From: Gnetum montanum
Taxonomy: Eukaryota; Plantae; Gnetophyta
Assembly (NCBI GenBank): GCA_015680685.1
Contig: MNCI01001980.1
Coordinates: 265,375-329,374 of the forward strand
Reading direction: 5' to 3'
Length of the DNA stretch: 64,000 bases
The notes beneath the pieces were generated by a model. It searched no databases, was not told the DNA's origin, and saw nothing but the letters and a program-made list of their open reading frames with translations. A program made the translations under genes and the position numbers. Positions 49,794-60,979 of this stretch are shown one piece after another (position 1 is the first letter of the stretch; each line of letters starts with the position of its first letter).

Positions 49794-52700
49794 GATCACA
49801 TGGCCTTCTTCACCATCTTTGTCTATAGGCACACTTAGGAGCTAAGTCCATAGGATGTGATTGAATCGCTAGTGCATGCTTATGATTTGTATGATTGGGT
49901 AGAGCAACTACTCATTGCTCATTAGACATCTACTTTTTTTGTGAGATGTTAACTATTCATTGTTAATCTCTCAAGAAATACAATTATACTTCATGAAAGA
50001 TGTCTTCTTTTGACCTAAATACATCCACTCTCTTGCAAATACCTCTATCTAAAACCCATCTACATTTGGAAAAGGCATCTCCTCCTTTCCAAAGATTTCT
50101 TATCTAATGTTGGAATATTTTTGTTTGGATACCAATGGGCATAAATTTGTAATCGAAGTATCAATGGAAATATGAAAAGTCACCTAAAAAGTATAAATAG
50201 GCATCCAAGAGCTAAGAGAATGTAAGAGAGTGAAATGGTAAAGAGTGAGGATGAGAAGAAAGAGAATTAAGAGGCTAATTGTCTACTTATCCTCCTTGAA
50301 AGATTGAGAGGTGTCTTTATATGCTTGTGAGTGAGAGCTTACTTTGAGTGTGAAGTGAGGATTTCACTGAATTACTTGTCTATCCTTGGAAGTGATAAGC
50401 TTCCTTTGTACTTTATACTCTTTTCCTTAAGCAAGAGTAATGTTTCTTTTTTTTTTTCAAAATTAGCTTATTGTAACTTCAAAGCTTGGATTGTAAAATC
50501 CAAGGGAGCTCCTCATTATTTCCTTTCTTATTTTTGCAAAGCATCTATTGTAAGAACATTTACCTAAGTAGAAATACCTTAAATTAGAAAGTTATTCCTG
50601 TCTATGTTATTTCTAGAGCTTTCTACTCCATGATTAAATATGTGATGTACCCTAAAATATTTTTATAAATATTTTTTGGGATTTCACACCTTCTTTCCCT
50701 AATAATTACTACCTCTAGATCTTCTTTTCTGAGTGTGTTTACTAACTTTTTTATGTATATCCATTGGGAACCTCTTGGATCTATTAATTCATAGTTTCAT
50801 AATTTCTTTAAATTTTTTATCCATATAACTTAGTATTACCTAGTATAATTGAATTTGTGACTTGGATTGACCTTGTAACTTGGGTTTATTAAAAAGAAAT
50901 TTCATAACTTGTTTTTACTTAAATACTTGGGGGTATGGAACCCCAAAAAATGAATAACAATTAAGAAAAGTTACATTGGATCATCAACATAAAAGAAAAA
51001 GTATGAAGAAAAAGCCTCAAAATTTTAGAGATGCCTTTTTGGATTTTCATCCTTACAACTAATCATAAAAATATTCCTTTAGGGGTAGGAAAAGAATTAG
51101 GCCTTGCCATTATTCAAAAGTACCCTCGTAAATTTTTACTTACTCAAGCATTCCTTGTAAAGAGAAGAAGAAAACTCTTTTTAAAGACAAAAGAAAGCAT
51201 CAAATAGAAATAATAAACAAATAGCAACAAAAACTTATAGCTTCCCCAACTTGAGCCCTCAAAATAAAAGGATGTTAAGACTACAAAAAAACAAATGAAA
51301 TTTTTCAGCTTTCACTAGAAACTTTCCTAATTGAAGCTGTCACTAAAAAGCAACCTTTTTAAGAATCTTATATTTTACTTCTAAAAAAATATTATAATTT
51401 TATTTTTGCTACTAAAAAATAACTACACATTTAAAACTTCCAATTAGAATAGATAATAGTGGAAGACACTAATAAATACAAGGAATGAAAGAAGACAAAC
51501 CAAATTGATCATCCTCAATCGTCCCCAATTCCTTGCAAAATTGTTGTTCCTGCACCAATATTTGACAAAACGTGGTCGGTTCTGTTATAAACTTTGAATG
51601 ATGAAAGGATTGAACATTAGTCTGACAGGTTTAAACGACGACCTCACCTGACCGTGAGATGATCATGGTGCCACCCGTCTGGGCCAACATGTTATGAGCG
51701 GCTCTTCCTGCAACGACAATTCTTGACGCGTTCTTCTTCAATGGCAGCGTCGGCTCTGCATCATCGTTGCCGTTCTTGAGCAGTACCAGAGATTTCATTG
51801 CCGCCTCCCTTGCCAAGTCTCCGTGTTTCCGTAAAATTAACAAACCGAGTTCTCTGTCATCAGTGAGTGACAGATGCTGACACTGAAGTACGTTTATTCT
51901 GCGCACTGCGTTGTCTATTCTGGTCTTTGGAATGATCTTGCTCCGCACCACTGCCCTCACTGTCACCAAAAACCATTCGAAATCATTTGGAACTGTCACC
52001 CTCTTTAAAATTTTTTTTCTTGCTTTCAGTGTTTCAGATAAACCGATAATAATATATTAAACCAAAAACCTTGGGTCTCTTGTGCATGTTGCAGAGATTT
52101 AAATAATTACCATGTCCACTCCAGTATTAATAGCTGCTGCAAGGCTATTACGGTAGTGGGAATGTGCTCTAGAAGAGCAACAGGCGGCCACTGGATCAAA
52201 CTCTCCTCCCTAATCTGCCACCACAATTCCCTGCAGCAATACAAGTCAAATCAAATCAACATCATTATATATTTCAAAACTATGATAGATAAATCAAATT
52301 CTTGCCCGGATCCCATTTGGTGTTTCAACAGCGCCGTGAGCAATTCATGGTTTACTTGAACTTTAACTTGAGAGTGGCCGATGAAACAAAAAATTACAGA
52401 AACGACTTTCTCGAGCGCGTCCAGAAATTGAAGCAGGTAATTCTCGTAAATATGCAGAACGGTAAATATGCAGAACGCTAATGTTTCGGGGGCCTCTGCC
52501 ACTCCATCCATTTCACCAGCAATCACATGGGTTCTGAAAGCACCCAACCAGTCACTCTTATTCTTTCAAATTTCAATGACCCACAAAAATTCCCTTGTTA
52601 AATTGCCGAAACGAATTCAAAAATCCCCATCGACGCACCCCGATCCCGATCGTGACTCTTACTGATGGAGTCGGAAAGAATTCGAGCATTAGATGAATGA

Positions 52701-53157
52701 TATGCAACAAAACATTTACGACAAATCCAGATTCCAGAACGAATTCAAGCATTCAACGAAAAGAGAAGGACCCACATTGAATCGGAAGCTAAAGATCCAT
52801 AATGAACCAGAAATTGTACAAGAAATCTAACAAAATTATAGGGCCAATTAGGGGCAACAATTCAAAAATTTTATATCTAGAGGGCCAAGAAAGGTCAAGT
52901 AAAATTATGCAGAGTTGATTGCATTGGTCATTTTTGGTACCTGGAATCTTTGTGAGGTATGGATAACCGGTGAGGTGAGTGTAGCGTCTGAACATGTCGG
53001 TGGCTGGAACACCAATATTAGGCGCACACAGCCTAATCCGAATCGGTGCGAGGGCTGTGCTGGAGAAAACGAAAATGAGGTGCCTTGAACAGTCTTGTTG
53101 ATCAAACAGAGACTTACGTGTGTGAAAAGAGTTTATACTATGTCATGCGAGAGAATC

Positions 53158-53508
53158 GGGTTCAGCTGGCTAGAGCGGATGTCCCGGCCTAACAACAATG
53201 ATGCCAACGTGCAAATATGTATGAAACAGTAAGAAAATACAAGCATTAAACTAAATGCCAGAGAGAAATGCTGCGGGTCCAGCTCTGTTAGAGCGGATGT
53301 CCCGGCGTAAGAACAATGATGTGAACGTGCAAATATGTATGAAATAGTAAGAAAGTACAAGCATTAAATTAAATGCCAGAGAAAAATGCTTGGGTCCAGC
53401 TGGGCTAGAGGGGATGTCCCGGCCTAAGAACAATGATGCGAACATGCAAATATGTATGAAACAGTAAAAAAGTACAAGCATTAAACTAAATGACAGAGAG
53501 AAATGCTT
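53158..53508. repeat. ~118-bp tandem repeat x3 in the GH3 intron
   Basis: tagagcggatgtcccggc at 53171, 53289 and 53406. Confidence 0.93.
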
Positions 53509-53961
53509 CAAAAATGTAATAAAATTTAAGAACAGCAATGCACCGCCCCAAAAAAAAAGCACGGTTAATTCACAAAGATATACACAGTGTGGAAGCGCAA
53601 TCACAGCCTCAGTGGCGTTGGGTCGTGAAGTCTGGCATTTGTCATAATGAATCTTGCCAGTTGGCCACTGCAATGTACCATGCAATATTTAACGGGATGC
53701 AACTCTCTACTGGTGTGGTGTGCTCTGGGTCTTGTTCACTCATGGAGCTCAGTGGCAAGATGCCAGAATGCCAAATGCCAAGAACTTAAAAAAGCTCACA
53801 TCCAAAGAATGGCAAGAATGTAAACCCTAGGGGAATGTCAACGATCAAGAAATGTAACTCGCTCAGAGATGCCAACAATTAAGGAATGCCAACCCTTGGA
53901 GAATGCCAACGGTCAAGGAATGTAGGGCTAACCCAAAACCCAAAATGTGGATCAGGTGTCA

Positions 53962-54033
53962 CGTGGCAGTGCAATGGGTGAGATTATGCTTACGCTGCGT
54001 GGCAGTGCAATGGGTGAGATTATGCTTACGCTG
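53962..54033. repeat. Perfect 36-bp tandem duplication followed by gctacgct-like repeats
   Basis: cgtggcagtgcaatgggtgagattatgcttacgctg x2. Confidence 0.9.
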
Positions 54034-55306
54034 CATAGCTTAAAAACTGTGCTACGCTGCCCTACGCTACACAGCATGACATATGGTGCTACACTTCAAT
54101 AAAAGTAAATATAGATGCTACGCTACACAGCGTAACACTGTGCTACGCTGTAGCTCAAAGTGATACTTAGCCAAATTTGTAGTTGCGATGCCAAACCCAA
54201 AATTTTGTGGTATTTCAGTGAGCAGATGGCAGCCGCTCCATCTTGAATCTCTGCAAAACGACTGTAGTGCCATAAACATTGGCATGGCTATGAATAACAT
54301 CGGTGGCATACATAATGGGAATTCTGAGTCTGCTTTGCCTAACAACCGCCTGCAATTCTCCAATCATGGCGGATGCGCGCAGAGAAACATTGGTTCCCAC
54401 TGCATTCATCGCGCGTCCTGCATCAGACGGAGAAAACAACACATGATCGAAATAGAAACCATCAATAAAGAATTCCTAGCATATACCCAGTCTATAATGC
54501 AATCAATTGTGCAGAATTTTGCTTGAGCTTTCCTGGCCTTCCAGATATAAAATTTTTGAATTGTTGCTCCTAATTGGCCACGCAATTTTGTTGGGTTTCT
54601 TGTACAATTTCTGGTTCATTATGAATCTTGAGCTTCCGATTCATTGTGGGTCCTTCTCTTTTCGTTGAATGCTTGAATTCGTTCTGGCTCCTGCTTTTGT
54701 TCTTAAATGTTTTGTTGCATATCATTCATAGAACACTCCAATTCTTTCCGACTCCATCAGTAAAAGTCAGGAACAAGGTGTGTCGATGGGAATTTTTAAG
54801 AAAGGAATTTTTGTGGGTCATTGAAATTTGAAAGAATTAGAGTGGTTAGGGTGCTTTCAGAACCCATGTGTTACTGGCGTTGTAAATGGAGTGGCAGGGC
54901 CCGAAACATAAGCTTTGTGCATACCTGCTTCAATTTCTGTACGGCGTTTCTGTAATTCTTCTTTCATCAGCCACTCTCAACAGAGTTAAAATTCAAGAAA
55001 ACCCTGAATTGCTCACGGCGCTGCTGAAACACCAAATGGCATTTGGGAAAGGATTTGATTTATCCATGACAGTTTTGAAGTATATAATATCTTAACATGT
55101 AAAAAAGGATGTTGATTTGAGTTTACCTGTGTTGCTGCACGGAATTGTGGTGGCAGATTGGGGATGAGTGTTGGATGCAAGAGCCGCCTGTTGCCTATCT
55201 CATCGCCATCCTCTTCTTCTTCTTTTTATTGTTTTGAGGATGAGGATGAGGATGATGATACTGCCTCTCTTTTTCGTTTGGGGTTTGACTTCCTGAAAAA
55301 AAAAAT

Positions 55307-55830
55307 TCTTGCTCAAGGAAAAGAGTACAGAGTACAAAGATCACTTTCAAGGATGGACAAGTAATTCAGTTAAATCTTCACTTAAGACTCAAAGCAAGCA
55401 CTCACAAGCACACAAAGAGACCTCTCAATCTCTCAATCTTGCTCAAGGAAAAGAGTATAGAGTACAAAGATCACTTTCAAGGATGGACAAGTAATTCAGT
55501 TAAATCTTCACTTAAGACTCAAAGCAAGTACTCACAAGCACACAAAGAGACCTCTCAATCTCTCAATGAGGATAAGTAGACAATTAGCCTCTTAACTCTC
55601 TCTCTTCTCATCCTTGCTCTTCGCCATTTCACTCTCTTACATTCTCTCAGGAGATACCTTTAGAGAGTGGATCAAAAGAAGACATCTTTTATGAAGTATA
55701 GTTGTCGTTCTTGAAAGCTTAACAATGAATAGTAGACATCTTACAACCAAAGTAGATGTCTATAATTCAAGAAAAGACATCTTTCACATGAAGTAGACAT
55801 CTTTCCTCTAGAGTAGGCATCTTACACCTA
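55307..55830 (-). repeat. Inverted fragment of the 25773-27124 LTR-like family, with a 130-bp tandem duplication (55307-55567)
   Basis: 55570-55650 is the reverse complement of ~26190-26268. gctcaaggaa occurs at 55311 and 55441, with two mismatches seen between the units. Confidence 0.85.
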
Positions 55831-56896
55831 GAGTATATGTTTTTCCTGGTAGGTATTCCAAAGATAAGATGCTTGTTCTAAAGCTTGAACTTCTTAAACA
55901 AGCTCCCATTGGTCCAAAACACCCCTAGCATGATTCATAATAAGATAAAACATAAGAATTAAGAATTTTAAGAATTAAAAATTTATGCAAATCGTGTGCA
56001 ATAGTTAAAGCTAGTTGGTAGAGACCAAACAAAGTGAAGAAAGGGCAAAGAAACTGTAAGAAATGGAAAACGTTGCTAAAAGTAAACTATAAAAGAGGAA
56101 AAAATACAAATATTGGAGCAACTTAATTTCTGTAGTTTAATTTAGAAGTTTTTTCTTTGTAGTCTCCTTACTTTACTTTTTTTTTGGGTAAGTTTCTTTG
56201 GTTTCTACCTAACTCACTTTAGCAGTTGCACATGATCTACTAAAATTTTTTAAGTCCACAAAAAGTTTTCAAAATGGATTTTAGTCCAACTAAATCCTTA
56301 AATGTGAGGGCAACCCTAAACCATGAATTCTTGTGGCTTTGGTAATATGATTCATGTTTGGTAAATGTCATCTCCAAATTTCTTGTCTATTGAAGAAATC
56401 CTTATAAATTGTAGAGGTTCTTGATGCATAGAAGATATAGCTTTTATCATTAGATTTATCTTTGATCATCAAACTAATGATTCACCCTCACAAATCTAAA
56501 AATGCAATGATTGAGTTTTTCTTTTAAAACTCCAAACATGTGCTAACTTGCTATTTTTTTTTTTTACAAAGGGTTACTTTTTCCTATAAATATTTTGTTG
56601 TCATCTCTACTTTGGTACACATCTAGCATTCTTCTAAAGCATGCTAATGAGGGGTGAAATTCCCTAAAAGTTCTATGTTTATCATTTTTATAGTTTAATT
56701 TAGTAGTTTTTTCTTTATATTCTCTTTTCTTTTATTTTTCTACAAGTTTCTTTCTTTTCTACCTAACTCTCTTTTGTTGTTGCACGCAATTTGCAGAAAG
56801 TTTTTAAGTCAAAGAAAACACACAATTAATTAAGGATTGATACATAGATTGAGTGATGTCCTCATCAAAAAATTAATTGTTAGTAGGGAGAATGGT

Positions 56897-57690
56897 TGAT
56901 GAGCCGCAATATCACATCTACCACGTGATATTGCATACGCAATATTGCATCCTACCTCATCTTCTATAAATAAGAGACAACGCCCTTGGTTCCAAGGCAG
57001 TTAGACTTAGACCCTTAGCTAGACTCTTACAGTTTTGTCATTCCAGAGTTAGAATTATTTCTGTGTGGCCGTAGTAGGATTCATAGAGTGAACGAATCTT
57101 TATTCGAGTAATTTGTACTTGAGCACAATTTTGTGTATGGCAATAAAGATGAACTTTATGATAAACCTTGCAGCCTACAACTTAAGCTAATTAGTAATTA
57201 ATGATTGTTTAATGCTTTCCTAGTTAATTAATATCTCTCTCAACCTTCGACCCCCTTAGTTAAGTACACTCAGTACGACCGCTTCGAGCATACGTGTAGC
57301 ACTTGGTAACCTAGTGACAATTAGCATTTGGAAATCCCAACAGTGTTGCACTAGTTCAGGATGTGTACAGCAAGTGGGAACAAATACTGGTGTTAAGAAC
57401 ATTTAGAATCTAGTTAATGAATAGTTAAGGTAAGTTAGCCACTTAGTTCTCTCTCCCTCTCCTTTATTAGCAGAAGACATAAAAAAGACAAAAGCTATAA
57501 AAATCATATACCTCAAGCTTACTTAACCATACAACTGTGACAATACAAGTAAGTTTGGGAAGACAATGATTGATTAACCTTGAGTGTTCCATTAAGGCGC
57601 AGAAGTATTGAGTCTTTGGGGTTCAACCGGATCATGCATGAAACACTCATATTCATATGGTTGAGTGTAGGGGTACCTCACCACTCATCA
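56897..57690 (+). repeat. Family-A 5' LTR (794 bp)
   Basis: TGATGAG...CTCATCA termini, TATA near 56965. Confidence 0.93.
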
Positions 57691-57691
57691 T

Positions 57692-57709
57692 TGGCGCCAT
57701 TGCTGGGGA
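57692..57709 (+). promoter_or_regulatory. Primer-binding site (tRNA-Asp type)
   Basis: TGGCGCCATTGCTGGGGA, 1 nt after the LTR; two transitions from the Athila consensus. Confidence 0.88.
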
Positions 57710-58169
57710 CTTAGTTGTTTGTGCACTACGTAGAACATAGAAAATCATTCATATCGTTGGAACGTTAGAATGAATCCTTAGGGTTAATCAAAGAAAGACA
57801 AGACAATAGTACATTGCACACCGAACAAGACAAGATTTTTTCTTCTTCACATAAGAGCACTTCAGTGCCTAGGACTAACACAAGAGGTAGTCGGTGGAAT
57901 AATACATGAAACTAGGATCTACTAGTTCCTCAACAGTTTCATGTGGTATATACTCATCCCAATGAGTATGTACCTAATTTCCCCTTTATTCTTCACCAAG
58001 ATGAACAACTGTGTTGGAGAGACTTGGAGGGTAACATAGTGTTGCCTCCAGATTGATCAGTTCCCAACATGCTCCTTCGTGCTCTTACACGAATAGGCAT
58101 GTTGCTTTTATATGCAGAATACGTTGCATGCGATCATGACTCAAGGAACTATCATCCCACAAAAGCGCA

Positions 58170-60960
58170 ACGTCAAAGGGACTTGTGATAGGAGAGATTC
58201 CATACATCCTTGAAGGGTAAATGGCCCCATGACGCTTTGCACATTTTGAGAAAAATTGAGGATGATGAACCTGCTTCAATAGGTTCCCCACAAAATGATG
58301 TTCTTCCTCCTAACATTGGTCAGGAGGTGGTGTATCAGAACCTCCACTCCACTATTCACAACCCTGGTTTTGATGCCTACAAACATGAAGTGTTTAACGA
58401 GGGAACATGAGCACACGATAAGGACAGACGTTCTGATCATGATCACGATTAAGGATGAGACCACCAAAGAGAAGGTAGAAAACACCGTCATGGCAATGGT
58501 TCTCCTTCTTCTTCACCTTCATCATCATCTTCACCCTTTCCTGTAGTGTCAGGATGCAGTCATAGGGAAACCAATCATGAGGATAAAGAAAAACGAAGTG
58601 AAAGACATCGACGAGACAGTCGAGAACGAGGACACGTCCACTCTAAGGAATCAAGGCATAGAAGAAGGGAGAGTAGGGAACCGTGTAGACACTATAGAAG
58701 CTATGAACGAGATGATCATGAAGAACCCCTACTTGCAACTAGAAGCATGCTAGATATAACAGAGGCTATAAGAGTTCCAACAAGGCACCAAAAGGATAGT
58801 AGGATCAAAAGGTTAGACATGAAAAACGTCCCATGATTTGAAGGGGGATACAACACTAATCCTCAAAATCATTTACAAGCATTCCACGATGCATGTGCCT
58901 TGCAAAACATAGAAAAAAATGGCAAAAACTGAAGTTGTTCCCAAGGACACTAGTGAAAGAAGCTAAAATTTGGTACCGGTCCTTAGAACCGGAATCCATT
59001 CGGAGGTGGAGTACAATGTTAGAACTATTCAATGATAAGTACCAAACGTACTCCTGAGTGTCTAACCTATGGAACCAAATCCAAGGATGGAAGCAAGGAA
59101 ATCATGAACCCTTGGATGTTGCCATGGGCTACTATTACGCACTATTACATCATTGCCCTAGCCATGGTTATTCGTAGTGGGATCAACTATGCCTTCTCGT
59201 GGATGGACTTAGGCATGAAATAAGAAAAACCCTTGGGATGTATGCCCAAGGAAGGTTATTGGAGCTTAGGTCTCATCAAATTCATAGACTGCTAGAGCAA
59301 GTAGCCAAAGAAGAAGGTAAGCTAGAAAAGAGAGAAAGTGCGGAAGAATACAACTGAGATCCTTCCCCCTGAAAAAGAGGAGTGAGATTTTGTAAGGAGG
59401 AAGAAGAGTCACCACTCAAAGAGATGGTGAATAGGAAAAATTTTCCTCTGTAAAAGTTAACAACAAAAGTATTGACAAAGGTAGACCAAATGTGGGACTC
59501 CTTGGATAGTAGGTTTGAAACTATTTTTAAAATTGTAGAGGAGTCTAGGGAGCAAGGTAGTGATCGTGAAAAAAAGAAAAAGAGAGAAATGGAAAATGCA
59601 GGAAACAAGGATAAGGGAAAAATGGCCATCACAGAAGAGGTTGTGGATTCAGACATAGACAATGATGGTGGAAGTGAGATATGTTAATATGACCATCCTA
59701 AGGGATGTTGCCTAGTGATCTCACATCTACAAGAGTCTGGGGTGTATGCACTCAACCCACGACTAAATAAACGGCAAGCACCCTGATGGTTACCTTATCC
59801 CCAAGGTAACCCAAGGTAGTTCCACCAACCTTCAACATATTATCCAAGTGGAACTCCACCACAACTCATTAAGCAACATCAACAGTGGAAATATGCATAG
59901 TCATGGGGGATGCCACCACCAAGGCAATAATACCCATATCGGCAACCTGATCCATTTGGCTACTACATGCAGCATCAAATTTCTCCACGTGACTCTGTTA
60001 GTCATGTTACACCACAACATCACTACCAAGACCATGAGTATTATAGAACTCCTTCTCCTATTGAAGATAACCCACAAATATACCATCCTTCAAATCCATC
60101 TGCAGATCTTGCACCAATAGCTCGATTACCACCCACTTCAGCGATGCAAGGGAAACTCCTTACTCAACCACAACAATGCAATTCCACAAGGGCTATAAAC
60201 CCTCAACCCGCTGTTGGTTCTGATAACCGTATGAAGAAAAGACCTTTCTTCAGAACAACAGTCCAACCAAGCCCTTACAACCATAAGCAGTTAAACCTCT
60301 GAATGCCTCCCCATCAAACAAGGCTTCAAAGCTCCCTTCGAACCAAACACTGAGGTCAACACATATGGTTATGTTAACACATGTCGTTACTGATTGGATT
60401 AAGGTTGGTCACCTTCCTAGGAAATTTTCTGATCCTAGAAGCCCTCTAATCTATCTCCAAATTGTTGGAAATGAGCCATGGAAAGCTCTTTTGGATTCAG
60501 GTTTCGGAGTCAACTTAATATCAAAAGAAATGTACAAAGCCTAAAACCTGCCTCCATTAAAAAAGAGCAATATTCGCCTAGAGCTGGCTAACCAGTCCAT
60601 CACTATTCCCTTGGGACTGGTGGAGGACATCGTCACCATTGTGTGTGGGTGGCCATACCCAGCTGATTTCCTAGTGATACAAGTGAATAACGGTAAAGGG
60701 GACTTCCCAATAATAATGGGAAAAGCATGGCTAAGCACTATAGATGCACGTCTAGGAATCTGCAATCTTTCCCTGGAAATATCTAAGGAGAATACTTTTG
60801 GAACGATCAAGAAGAAGAAGGTTCCATGCATCACATACAGTGATACAGGGTGCAATTGCATGCAAAGATCATGGGTTGTGCACAGTTTAGCATTACCTAC
60901 ATGCAACCGGTGTGCACAAGACATTAACATACAAAAGTGCTTGTATGCAGCAGCCACATG
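58170..60960 (+). pseudogene. gag and aspartic protease remnants
   Basis: gag core ~58819-59200 homologous to 13269-13680; protease KALLDSGFGVNLI at ~60482 and ORF 60611-60961. Confidence 0.88.
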
Positions 60961-60979
60961 ACAAAAAGACACCTAGTGG

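Larger units (their letters stand above)
31979..51173 (+). repeat. Copy 2 of the ~19-kb direct segmental duplication
   Basis: Colinear with 1-11449 plus 19120-27124; roughly 85-95% identity by eye, with copy-specific deletions. Confidence 0.95.
51515..54417 (-). pseudogene. Glycoside hydrolase family 3 (beta-glucosidase / beta-D-glucan exohydrolase-like) pseudogene
   Basis: Exons: 54417-~54190 (QSRLRIPIMYATDVIHSHANVYGTTV), 52230-52111 (GIVVAD*...AAINTGVDM, cag/gt borders), 51999-51648 (RIDNAVRRI...DLAREAAMKSLVLLKNG...LPLKKNASRIVVAG) and 51549-51515 (GTTILQGI then stop). Lesions: W-to-stop after the nucleophile Asp, shifted acceptor at ~52000, missing middle exons and C-terminus. Confidence 0.9.
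52177..55194. repeat. Inverted repeat: arms 52177-52925 and 54496-55194, ~1.57-kb spacer
   Basis: 54496-55194 is the reverse complement of the GH3 intron plus the first ~54 nt of the GIVVADW exon (paired ORF text ELLTALLKHQM in 52251- and 54886+). Confidence 0.92.

Noticed and set aside
52210-52212. TAG at the conserved Trp as a possible editing or read-through site
   Set aside because: The gene has other disabling lesions (deletion, damaged acceptor, truncation); a G>A mutation is the simpler explanation.
53158-53508. Possible CRISPR or ncRNA array
   Set aside because: The whole unit repeats with no unique spacers; an ordinary minisatellite.
31938-56897. LTRs at 30903 and 56897 as the two ends of one giant element
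   Set aside because: The first follows a PPT (3' LTR) and the second precedes a PBS (5' LTR). They differ in length and subtype, and the flanks share no TSD.
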